Part shown: positions 47,542 through 56,196 of the stretch, piece after piece
How the letters are laid out: each line of letters starts with the position of its first letter
Position numbering within the stretch: the first letter of the stretch is position 1
Origin: Candidatus Pacearchaeota archaeon
Lineage (GTDB): Archaea; Nanobdellota; Nanobdellia; Pacearchaeales; GW2011-AR1
Direction: 5' to 3'
Assembly (NCBI GenBank): GCA_002688015.1
Contig: NZBT01000008.1
Coordinates: forward strand, 2,852-66,851
Length of the DNA stretch: 64,000 nt
Translations under genes and position numbers: made by a program
The notes under the pieces: generated by a model
Databases searched by the model: none
The model's input: only the letters and a program-made list of their open reading frames with translations
Told to the model about the DNA's origin: nothing

Positions 47542-47988
47542 ATGAATTTTAGAAATTATGTAATAGTCGTGGGTGCCGTTGCTTTAGCCTATGCATCTCC
47601 AGTTAGAGCAGACGACGCAGACCTAGGAACAATAGCAAACAGGGCAGGACAAGCCGCAGAAAGCCTTATTATGGCAGTTCCAAGAGGAGTAGAAACGGTA
47701 CTAAACCAATACAAGGATGGCAATCTGGCTGAAAAAGTCGTTCTATCTCACACAGATGGATCTGGAGTAATTGCTGCAAACGGATCTCAAGTTGTAAGGC
47801 ATTCTTCAGCAGGCCTAGCTGACATCCCAGGAGCAACAATTAACACAATAAGTAATGCTGTTAATGTCAGAAGTCTTATTCCATCTCTATCTCCTGTTAT
47901 TGACGGAGCCGCAGACGCAGTACAAAATGTCTCCAAAGGCGCTTACGATCTTCTAACTGGTTGGGCGAGAAGTCCAACATCTGAATAA
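47542..47988 (+). CDS. Secreted hypothetical protein (Ala-rich)
   Basis: Signal peptide ending 'VRA-D'; SD GGAGG upstream; T-tract downstream. Confidence 0.7.
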   Translation: MNFRNYVIVVGAVALAYASPVRADDADLGTIANRAGQAAESLIMAVPRGVETVLNQYKDGNLAEKVVLSHTDGSGVIAANGSQVVRHSSAGLADIPGATINTISNAVNVRSLIPSLSPVIDGAADAVQNVSKGAYDLLTGWARSPTSE

Positions 47989-48018
47989 TAAAATAGTATT
48001 TTTTTTATTTTTCTCTCT

Positions 48019-48825
48019 TTATTCTTTCCTAAGGGGTTCAGGTTTACTTTTCTCAGCAACAATCCCATGTGCAAATCTCATTGAAACCAATTTTATAAAA
48101 TCCAATACAGCATAATGTCTCGGAATAACAACTTCCAATTTCGGTTTTCTTTTTCCAATTTCCTTAACTATTCTTCTTGAAACATCCTCTGCCTCAATAA
48201 CTCCCTTAAACTCAGTTCCCTGAAAATTATCATAATCATCATAAAATCCAGTTCTAACAATTCCAGGAAGAACACAAGTAAACTTAATATTTTCATTTTC
48301 TGCTTTAAGGCCTTGTGTTAATGCAACAACTCCAGCTTTAGCAGCAGAATAACTGGCATGCCCCCATGAGCCCATCTTAGCACTCATGGAAGAAATATTA
48401 ATGATGTGCCCCCTTCCTCTATCAAGCATAGAAGGTAATACAGCATGCACCATATTCATTGTTCCAAGTAAATTAACTCTTACAATTTCTTCTTGCCTCT
48501 TCATCCCATTAGACAAGAACGGCTCATATCTATTAAATCCAGCAGAATTGATTAGAACATCCGGAACTCCAATTTCCCTAATTCTTCTTCCAATAACTTC
48601 ATGCACACGAGCTCCATCAGAAACATCAAAATAATCATGATAACTTCTAAAACCAAATTCACTTTCTATACCTTCAGCCAAATTTCCTAAATCAATCCCA
48701 TCTCTCTTTGCAAAAAGCACAGTCTGATATCCTTCTTCTGCCAAAGCCTTAGAACAAGCAAGCCCTATTCCACTTGAAGCACCAACAATAAACGCTAATC
48801 TTCTTTCTTTTCTTTCTCTTCCCAT
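48019..48825 (-). CDS. Classical short-chain dehydrogenase/reductase
   Basis: 'GASSGIG', 'INSAG', 'NISS', 'YSAAK', 'PGIVRT'; start placed at MGRE. Confidence 0.9.
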   Translation of the reverse strand: MGRERKERRLAFIVGASSGIGLACSKALAEEGYQTVLFAKRDGIDLGNLAEGIESEFGFRSYHDYFDVSDGARVHEVIGRRIREIGVPDVLINSAGFNRYEPFLSNGMKRQEEIVRVNLLGTMNMVHAVLPSMLDRGRGHIINISSMSAKMGSWGHASYSAAKAGVVALTQGLKAENENIKFTCVLPGIVRTGFYDDYDNFQGTEFKGVIEAEDVSRRIVKEIGKRKPKLEVVIPRHYAVLDFIKLVSMRFAHGIVAEKSKPEPLRKE

Positions 48826-48832
48826 CTTAAAA

Positions 48833-49288
48833 TTATTTTCCCTTCCTTTTATACTTCTTTCTTTCTTCATCCCAGACAACAGGAAATTCATCTTCTAATT
48901 TAGCATTTCCAGCCCCCATCTCAACTTCATATTTCCTGACAGATCTTTTCCCATCTAAATCATACCCAACCCAAAGATTATTGTTTAGAACTCCTTGTGT
49001 AACATCATATCCTATATTTCTTGCCCCTTTGGGTAAATAAATTCTACAACTTCCTCTCTCTCCAAAAAGCCAATGGTTTCCCTTTATCTCAAAAAATTCT
49101 TTCCCTCTTTCAATTTCATAATTTCCTGCTTGAAACAACATTAAAGCAGGATGTCTTGGAAATCCAACAGCATATTCTCTCTCCCCTTCTCCAGCAGCAG
49201 GCATTGAGGAACATCCCGCTAAAACAGAAGTTGCAACAACAGCACACAGACCTACGTTTCTTAGACTCTCTCCTCTTCTTTCAAACAT
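48833..49288 (-). CDS. Putative lipoprotein
   Basis: Lipobox-like 'VLAGC'. Confidence 0.6.
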   Translation of the reverse strand: MFERRGESLRNVGLCAVVATSVLAGCSSMPAAGEGEREYAVGFPRHPALMLFQAGNYEIERGKEFFEIKGNHWLFGERGSCRIYLPKGARNIGYDVTQGVLNNNLWVGYDLDGKRSVRKYEVEMGAGNAKLEDEFPVVWDEERKKYKRKGK

Positions 49289-49367
49289 TTAATTTATTGT
49301 TACAAAGACATTATAAAGTTAGTGTTTCTCCAAAATATATCTTAAATAATTTCTAGAAATTTTATTT

Positions 49368-50132
49368 CTAAATACCAAATAACGCTTTATAGTTTCCCTC
49401 TATCACTTTTTCCACATCTCTCAAATCCAATTTTTTAATCTCACTTATCTTCCCATAAGAAGCAACAACATTAGCAGGCTCATTCTTCTTTCTTGCTTTT
49501 CTTCCTTCAGGATGCATGTATGGGCTATCTGTTTCGCATAATAACAAAGAAAGATCAACAAAATCAATAACTCCCCAAAACCAATCTGTTTTCACACAAC
49601 AAGTTGGAATACTTAAGCTCCATCCGTTCTTCATTATCTTCTTTACCAAATCCATATCCCCAAAGAAGCTATGCATAACAACCTTCTTTGCTCCCATAGA
49701 CTCCAAAATACCCACACACTCCCTTTCTGCTTCCCTTGAGTGTATTATTAAGGGTACATTCAGGTCTAAAGCCAAAGAAACAAACTTCCTAAAGATCTCT
49801 TCCCGTCTCTTCCTTCCCTTCTCGTCCAAGGTATTCTTAAAATCCATTCCAACTTCCCCAATTCCCAAGATTTTCTCTCTATTCTCTCTAATAAACTCAA
49901 TTTCCTTATCAATATCAGAATCTGTCATTTTCAGTGCATCATCAGGATAAATACCTAGAACACACTCAATTTCTTCATATTTCTCACTCTTTTCCAAAGC
50001 AAACCTATTTGTCTTAACATCTGTCCCCGCAGCAACAATCTTTCCAACACCTTTCTCTCTAGCATTATCTATTATTTTCTCAACATCTCCTAACATCTCC
50101 AAATGACAATGTACATCAATAAACATATCCAA
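49368..50132 (-). CDS. tatD: TatD-family metallo-hydrolase/DNase
   Basis: 'D.HCHL', 'IGEVGMD', 'IIHSREA', 'ETDSPY', 'NEP'. Confidence 0.92.
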   Translation of the reverse strand: MDMFIDVHCHLEMLGDVEKIIDNAREKGVGKIVAAGTDVKTNRFALEKSEKYEEIECVLGIYPDDALKMTDSDIDKEIEFIRENREKILGIGEVGMDFKNTLDEKGRKRREEIFRKFVSLALDLNVPLIIHSREAERECVGILESMGAKKVVMHSFFGDMDLVKKIMKNGWSLSIPTCCVKTDWFWGVIDFVDLSLLLCETDSPYMHPEGRKARKKNEPANVVASYGKISEIKKLDLRDVEKVIEGNYKALFGI

Positions 50133-50171
50133 AACAAAAAAAACGTTCTATAAAAACTTATTCAATAAAAA

Positions 50172-51002
50172 TCACTTCTTCTTTCCAACCGCAGAAATAT
50201 TCCCAAAATTTTTCCAAGAAGATTCAAAAAGTTGCTCTAAACTTTGAGCCAAGAAACCAGTAGAAAGCCAAACACCAACATCATAGTTCGGATGAACTGT
50301 CTTATCATCAAGAAGCATAAACATCAATTGTTCAGAGTCAACAATTGCAAATCTTCCTGTAAGCCCAGAACTACTACTGTCCTTAACATCTGCAACTTTG
50401 GAAAGTTCTTTAGCAACCTTCACATTATCTTGACTGATAGGTGCAGCAATTCTTATATTAATCCCGCGCTTCTTTGCTTTCTCAAAAGCAGGCATCAAAG
50501 CTTCTAACTTTCTATTTATTCCATCTGCTGTTGTCACAAGTGTAATATTTTTCTCAGCTCCTCTAATCATCATGTCAAGATGGTTATACATATTCTGCCT
50601 TCCTCTCAAACTTCCAGACAAATCAGAGGGCTCAACAAATTTTATGCCATTAGTATAAATTCCACTTAACTCAGAAAGAACTTCATCACTCTTTAATTCA
50701 TCAAGTCTCTTACTTTTACCCTGTGCTTCCACAACAAGATTTCTCTTAACACGTTCAACAACTTCTTCAGGCTTTAACGCAACAAATTTAATAGGCTTTC
50801 CAATCTTCATAACAATAAATCCTTTCTTCTCCAAGCTTTCTAAGATATCATACGTCCTGCTTCTCGGAACATCAGAAATATTACTCAATTCTCCCGCAGT
50901 ACTTTGCCCCCTTGAAAGAAGTGCAGTCCACACCCTTGCCTCATACAAGTTAAGATCGAATATCTTTCTTAGTCTGCTTAAGAATTCTTCCTTTATTATC
51001 AT
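50172..51002 (-). CDS. TrmB-family (TrmBL2-like) transcription/chromatin protein
   Basis: 'LNLYEARVW.ALL', 'VPRSRTYDILESLEKKGF', C-terminal 'RFAIVD'; start placed at MIIKE. Confidence 0.88.
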   Translation of the reverse strand: MIIKEEFLSRLRKIFDLNLYEARVWTALLSRGQSTAGELSNISDVPRSRTYDILESLEKKGFIVMKIGKPIKFVALKPEEVVERVKRNLVVEAQGKSKRLDELKSDEVLSELSGIYTNGIKFVEPSDLSGSLRGRQNMYNHLDMMIRGAEKNITLVTTADGINRKLEALMPAFEKAKKRGINIRIAAPISQDNVKVAKELSKVADVKDSSSSGLTGRFAIVDSEQLMFMLLDDKTVHPNYDVGVWLSTGFLAQSLEQLFESSWKNFGNISAVGKKK

Positions 51003-51078
51003 TATAAATCCATGAACCTCTCCCTTTAAATAGATAATTATAGTATTTAAATGTTTTTGCAAAAGTACTATTAAAGAA

Positions 51079-53907
51079 TTACGAAAACTTAATTCCGAAT
51101 CTTTTTTCCTTAATAGTAAGAACATTCTTGCCTTTTTGATTTTTGTCGTCGACAAATTTCAATGTCTTGGAATTCGTTCTCTCTTTTATAAATTTTTCAT
51201 TCTCCTTCAGTAGAGAAATACCTTCTTCATTAGAAGAAGTCACAAGATCTACCAAATCTCCCTTTTTGAGCCCTTTCTGCTTTCTTTCGGCCTGAATTTT
51301 TCTTGAAATCTCTCTAGCAAAGCCCTCCGCTTCAAGCTCTTTTGTCATTTTCATGTCTAATTTAACTGAAATCATAGAGTCCTTTCCTCTTTTGAGAGCA
51401 ACAGACTTAACATTCAACTGTCTTGCAATAATCTCTAAAACATCTTTACTTAACTTTCCATCCACACTAACTTCAGCCTTAGCCAACGGCCATCTCAATC
51501 CTATTTGCGCCTTATCTCTCTCTTTCAAACCAGTTTCAATAACCTGCATAGCTTTTTCGAATTCACTTTCCAATTTTTTATCAATTTTCTTATTGTCTAC
51601 CTTTTCCCAAGAAGTCAAATGAACACTCTCTTCCTTTTGATTCATCTTTTGCCACAACTCTTCTGCCACGAAAGGCACTGTAGGACAAAACATCTTTAAA
51701 ATTCCAAGATAAATCTCTTTAAGCGTTTCCAATACAGAGGAATTCTCCCCAGCCTTATCTCTTACATATTTTATATAATCTCTTGACAGTGTTACATAAA
51801 GATCTTCAATATCTCCAATTGTTTCATCTAGTTTATATCCTTCAAATTTCTCCGTTACATCTTTCAAAGTAGAATGATACTTACTTAGAATCCATTTTTC
51901 TTCAATTCCTGGGCTACCTTTCTTCACTTTCTGAGCTTCCAAGTCAGTAATGTAATTAGCAATATTTGCAAGCATCATTAAATTTCTCTGTTTCACTTTA
52001 ACATCATCCCAACTAAAGTTAATATTCTCCCCAGCACTAACTTGACATATAAAATTCCTAAAAATATCAACACTATATTTATCAACAACTTCATATGGAG
52101 AAATAACATTTCCCAACGATTTTGACATTTTCTTCCCTCCAAAATCAAGCATCATTCCATGGGCAAACACATTCTTATAGGAACTCTTTCCAAACACAAT
52201 TGAAGAGCAGATTTGCAACATGCTAAACCAAAGTCTTGTTTGCTCTGTAGCTTCCAAAATCAAATCAGCTGGAAAATACTCTTTAATCAGCTTAGGATCG
52301 TTATACAGACAATTCCAACTTGCTGTTCCAGAATCAATCCAAACATCACTCACATCAGGAATTCTCTTGTATTTCTTTTCATTTTTCTCTATAACAATCT
52401 TATCAATCCAAGGTTTATGCACCTCTAGATCTGTAAATTTCTTCCCTGTTTCCTTTTCCAATTCTTCAACAGATCCAATGACAATTGTATCTTCCCCATC
52501 CTCAGAAACCCAAATAGGAACAGGGCATCCCCAAAATCTTTGTCTTGTAACACCATTATCTTTCAAATTCTCTGTCCATCTATCATAACTTTCTCCAGAT
52601 TTCTTCGGCTCCCAATGAACTTTTTCATTAAACTTTAACAATTTAGGAATCAAATCCTCTGTTTTCAAAAACCATTGCTCTGTCGTTCTAAACACAACGG
52701 GCTTATGACTTCTCCATGAATGAGGATATTCGTGTTCTACTTCAGTTTTAGCAAGTAAAACTCCTTTGTCCTCAAAATCTTTGATAAACTTACTGTCATC
52801 TTCTTTCGCAGTCCATCCTTTAAATGTTCCTTCACTCTCTATTTCTCCCTGTTCATTTAATGTATTAAATGCTTCAATTCCATATGGTTTACAAGCTTCT
52901 TGATCTTCAGGTCCACACCCAGGAGCGCTATGAACAAGTCCAGTTCCAGCAGTTGTATCAACAAACTCCTTACTCAAGATGACTGTATGAATCTTCTCCT
53001 GCCCGTGTTTTAATTCATCATAAACATTATTCATATCTTGATTTAAGAAATGCTCATATTCTTCTCCTTCCATCTCAGAGCCTTTAAACTCATCTACAAT
53101 CTCAAGTTTCTTCTCCAAAATTCCTGTAATAAAAGCTCCAGCAAGAGCCTTAGCCAAAATCCAATATTCTTCTTTTCCTTTATCACTCATTTTAACTTTA
53201 ACATAATCTAAATCTGGATTAACCATAATTGCTAAATTGTATGGAATTGTCCAAGGTGTCGTCGTCCAAACAATAAAATATTCATTTTCTTTTTCCTTTT
53301 TCTTAAATTTCAAAAATATACTCGTATCTTTTACATTTTTATATTCTAACTCATGCTTCGCTAAGCTCGTCTCAGTCTCCGCATCCCAATGCATTACTTT
53401 CTCTCCTTTATACAATCTCTTCTGATCCCAGGCACTCTTAAAAAAGCCCCATTGCCCAGAAATAAACTCCTTCTTGATGGGCATATAAGCATTTTTATGA
53501 TCAAGCCAAATTCCGAACTTCCACAAATCTTCATTCATATATTCTGCATGTTCCAAACTAAATTTCTCACATTCTTTAACAAACTTATCCATTCCATATT
53601 TCTCAATCTCTTCTTTAGTTTTCAATCCAAGTTTTTTCTGAACAGCATTTTCTGTTGGCAAACCATGCATATCATAGCCTGCACGATCCCACACATTAAG
53701 TCCTTGCATTCTCTTATAACGTAAAATCATATCTTTCAAAGAATTATTCCAAGCGTGTCCAATATGTATCTTCCCAGAGGTATAAGGAGGCCCTTGTAAG
53801 AAGTAGAACTTCTTCCCCTTAGAATTCTTCTTCTTTACCTTCTCATATATTTTCTTCTTCTCCCAAAATTTGAGAATTTCTTCCTCGGTTTTCTTAAAAT
53901 CTAACAT
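51079..53907 (-). CDS. ileS: Isoleucine--tRNA ligase
   Basis: 'GPPYTSG.IHIGH', 'DMHGLP.E', editing 'WTTTPWT', 'GTGLVH', 'RQRFWG', KMSKS. Confidence 0.95.
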   Translation of the reverse strand: MLDFKKTEEEILKFWEKKKIYEKVKKKNSKGKKFYFLQGPPYTSGKIHIGHAWNNSLKDMILRYKRMQGLNVWDRAGYDMHGLPTENAVQKKLGLKTKEEIEKYGMDKFVKECEKFSLEHAEYMNEDLWKFGIWLDHKNAYMPIKKEFISGQWGFFKSAWDQKRLYKGEKVMHWDAETETSLAKHELEYKNVKDTSIFLKFKKKEKENEYFIVWTTTPWTIPYNLAIMVNPDLDYVKVKMSDKGKEEYWILAKALAGAFITGILEKKLEIVDEFKGSEMEGEEYEHFLNQDMNNVYDELKHGQEKIHTVILSKEFVDTTAGTGLVHSAPGCGPEDQEACKPYGIEAFNTLNEQGEIESEGTFKGWTAKEDDSKFIKDFEDKGVLLAKTEVEHEYPHSWRSHKPVVFRTTEQWFLKTEDLIPKLLKFNEKVHWEPKKSGESYDRWTENLKDNGVTRQRFWGCPVPIWVSEDGEDTIVIGSVEELEKETGKKFTDLEVHKPWIDKIVIEKNEKKYKRIPDVSDVWIDSGTASWNCLYNDPKLIKEYFPADLILEATEQTRLWFSMLQICSSIVFGKSSYKNVFAHGMMLDFGGKKMSKSLGNVISPYEVVDKYSVDIFRNFICQVSAGENINFSWDDVKVKQRNLMMLANIANYITDLEAQKVKKGSPGIEEKWILSKYHSTLKDVTEKFEGYKLDETIGDIEDLYVTLSRDYIKYVRDKAGENSSVLETLKEIYLGILKMFCPTVPFVAEELWQKMNQKEESVHLTSWEKVDNKKIDKKLESEFEKAMQVIETGLKERDKAQIGLRWPLAKAEVSVDGKLSKDVLEIIARQLNVKSVALKRGKDSMISVKLDMKMTKELEAEGFAREISRKIQAERKQKGLKKGDLVDLVTSSNEEGISLLKENEKFIKERTNSKTLKFVDDKNQKGKNVLTIKEKRFGIKFS

Positions 53908-53931
53908 CTTTATATTCCGAGTTTTTAGCTT

Positions 53932-54192
53932 TTATACCTTGCCATTCCTAACAAATCTCTTATTCCCAGCCAAAAGAAAACTCACCAATCCTATGATTGC
54001 AACAAACCACATTGTCAGAGAAACAGCAACAAAGCCATATATCTGGAATCCAATTCCTCCCAAAATCCCTAAGATAATCAATATCCTAAAGTATTTCTTG
54101 TAAGCAACAAGTTCATCCCTAGAAAGCCAGGCTATCAAATATCCCACTGGGAAGGCAAAAAGCAAAAGCAACAAATTTATCCACAAAGCCAT
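53932..54192 (-). CDS. Small 3-TM membrane protein
   Basis: Hydrophobic ORF, 'PVGYLIAW...DEL'. Confidence 0.65.
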   Translation of the reverse strand: MALWINLLLLLFAFPVGYLIAWLSRDELVAYKKYFRILIILGILGGIGFQIYGFVAVSLTMWFVAIIGLVSFLLAGNKRFVRNGKV

Positions 54193-54277
54193 ATAATGTA
54201 TTAACAAATCTTCTTTAAATATCTTTCAGAAAAAACCATTTCAAAACACTTAAAAACCCTTTCCCCCCATATTAAAT

Positions 54278-54502
54278 ATGGCAGCTAAAAAGAAAGCTAA
54301 AGATGAATCTTCTGAACCACAAGGGAAAGAAATGACTCCAGGAGAGAGAATTGCTTATCATCAAGGAGCCTTAACAACTCTTATAGGTGAAAGAAACGAG
54401 TTATTCAAACTTGTTCAGATAACAGAACAATTAATGCAAGCTCACATTGAAGAACTTAAGAAACTTGGTGTTAAATTCCCAGACGCACCCCCTAAGGAAT
54501 AG
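54278..54502 (+). CDS. Small hypothetical coiled-coil protein
   Basis: 74-aa ORF, TATA upstream. Confidence 0.65.
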   Translation: MAAKKKAKDESSEPQGKEMTPGERIAYHQGALTTLIGERNELFKLVQITEQLMQAHIEELKKLGVKFPDAPPKE

Positions 54503-54775
54503 TCAAGCGATTTTATCAATCTCTTGTGCAACTTCAAAATCCTTCGAAGTCAGGCCTTTCTCTTCATGAGTTGTTAAACTTATCTTTACTCTATTAAAAT
54601 CTATAACAATTCCAGGATGATGTTCCTGTCTTTCTGAAAGCTCAGCAATTCTATTAACAAAACTCATAGATTGCTTAAAATCCCTAAAATGAAAATCCTT
54701 AACAATACTTTCTCCTTCCAAAGCCCAATTACTAATCTTCTTCATATATTCATTGATTAATCCAAGCGAAAGCAT
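54503..54775 (-). CDS. Pterin-4-alpha-carbinolamine dehydratase family protein
   Basis: 'F.F.DF....FVN', 'HHP', 'LTTH..GLT.KD'. Confidence 0.9.
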   Translation of the reverse strand: MLSLGLINEYMKKISNWALEGESIVKDFHFRDFKQSMSFVNRIAELSERQEHHPGIVIDFNRVKISLTTHEEKGLTSKDFEVAQEIDKIA

Positions 54776-54818
54776 GATTCTTAAACAAAATCAGAATTAA
54801 AAAGCATTTCTATTCAAA

Positions 54819-55640
54819 TCAATCACCTGAGTTTTTCAGTTTTTGTAACTCTGCCCTGTCTAATGCAAGTCTTCTCTCAACTTCAGATATCTTCTCTCTA
54901 TTTGCTTCCATCTTCTTCATCTTTTCTATTTCTACTTTCGCTTCTTTTAACTGTCCTTCCAATCTAGCAACTTCAGAACTTTTCTCACTCGCCCCAAGAA
55001 ATCCAGGAGAACTTCCAGATTTTGGAACACTCCTCGGAATACTTCCCTTTATTGAAGGCCCAAATTTCATAACAACAATTAATAATACTCCAACCAAAAG
55101 AATTCCTCCAACAACATAATATATTGCCTTAGGAATTACTATCTTCTTACTAAATATAGCGCTTCCAGTTATCCCTTTATTCTCTTCTTCTGTTTCTTCA
55201 ACTACTTCAGGCTCTGCAGTGTCCTCCTCTGGCTCTTCAACTACTTCAGGCGCCGCAGCAGCTTCAGTTGCTTTTGCTTCATCCATAGCCTTATAGTTAT
55301 CAGAAACCTTTCCCGGAATCACTTGTAAATATATTGGCTCTCCAGCTGGAAAAGGTCCAAACTTTTCAAGCATAATTTTACTCCCGTCCTTACTAATCAA
55401 AACATTAACTTTTATTTCATCTTGACCGCCAGAATAAGTAACAGCTAATTCTCCACTATCCCCCGTATCTTTAAAAAAACTGTCCAAGAAAGTATATCCT
55501 TCCCCAGCTCCAAGAACTGTAACAACAGCTTTATGAACAGAAACAGTCCTAACATTAATTACCGTATCTGCAGCACTAACAAAACCAGTCAAAATAACGA
55601 CTAAAAAGAAAGCTGCTAAAATTATATTCCTCTTATTCAT
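54819..55640 (-). CDS. Exported single-pass membrane protein with cytoplasmic coiled coil
   Basis: Signal peptide ending VSA, acidic linker, TM, coiled coil. Confidence 0.7.
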   Translation of the reverse strand: MNKRNIILAAFFLVVILTGFVSAADTVINVRTVSVHKAVVTVLGAGEGYTFLDSFFKDTGDSGELAVTYSGGQDEIKVNVLISKDGSKIMLEKFGPFPAGEPIYLQVIPGKVSDNYKAMDEAKATEAAAAPEVVEEPEEDTAEPEVVEETEEENKGITGSAIFSKKIVIPKAIYYVVGGILLVGVLLIVVMKFGPSIKGSIPRSVPKSGSSPGFLGASEKSSEVARLEGQLKEAKVEIEKMKKMEANREKISEVERRLALDRAELQKLKNSGD

Positions 55641-55699
55641 TTTCCCTCTCTCAACTACACGTTTTATTTATTTATAAATATTTTGATTCTGAATATATA

Positions 55700-55782
55700 C
55701 GCCCAGAGCAGGATTCGAACCTGCGAATCCGTGAGGAAACTGGATTAGCAATCCAGCGCTTTAACCACTCAGCCATCTGGGC
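55700..55782 (-). tRNA. tRNA-Ser(GCT)
   Basis: GCCCAGA/TCTGGGC-G, CTGGA-TTGCTAA-TCCAG, long variable arm. Confidence 0.95.
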
Positions 55783-55811
55783 TTTTCAATTTTATAGAAT
55801 AAAACAGGCTT

Positions 55812-56051
55812 TTAAGCTTTATCATCTCTCTTTGCCCTCTTTTCTGCACGAGAAATCATCTCTTTCTTTAATCCAATAAAAACTCCACCTTTCTTGCTTC
55901 CAACGAAGCTCTTCTCCCCTGGCTTCATAATTTCGTTCAATTCATCAAGTTCAATATCAACATGCGTTACGGAAGCCCCGCTCTTTCCTTTAACGTGTAT
56001 GTACACATCCGCTTTCCCTATTTTTATTTTACCTTCTCCTGGTCCTGACAT
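55812..56051 (-). CDS. Small basic hypothetical protein
   Basis: 79-aa ORF between two tRNA genes, SD-like GAGG upstream. Confidence 0.65.
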   Translation of the reverse strand: MSGPGEGKIKIGKADVYIHVKGKSGASVTHVDIELDELNEIMKPGEKSFVGSKKGGVFIGLKKEMISRAEKRAKRDDKA

Positions 56052-56068
56052 TTTTCCTCTTTATTAAA

Positions 56069-56143
56069 TAGCGGGAGTTGGATTTGAACCAACGACCTCG
56101 AGGTTATGGGCCTCGCGAGCACTCCAGGCTGCTCCACCCCGCT
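56069..56143 (-). tRNA. Initiator tRNA-Met(CAT)
   Basis: A1:U72 acceptor AGCGGGG, D-arm GGAGCAGCCTGGAGTGCTC, CAT anticodon, TTCAAAT. Confidence 0.9.
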
Positions 56144-56196
56144 ATAAAAATACTAATTAAGAATAGCCTTATAAAGCTAACTGTTCTAAATCTAAT

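Noticed and set aside
50172-51155. Long N-terminal extensions in the ORF track (TrmB from 51155, ABC ATPase from 21104, GT2 from 12689, SDR from 48891, KaiC-like from 42070)
   Set aside because: They overlap neighbouring genes or promoters; downstream ATGs match family starts and TATA spacing.
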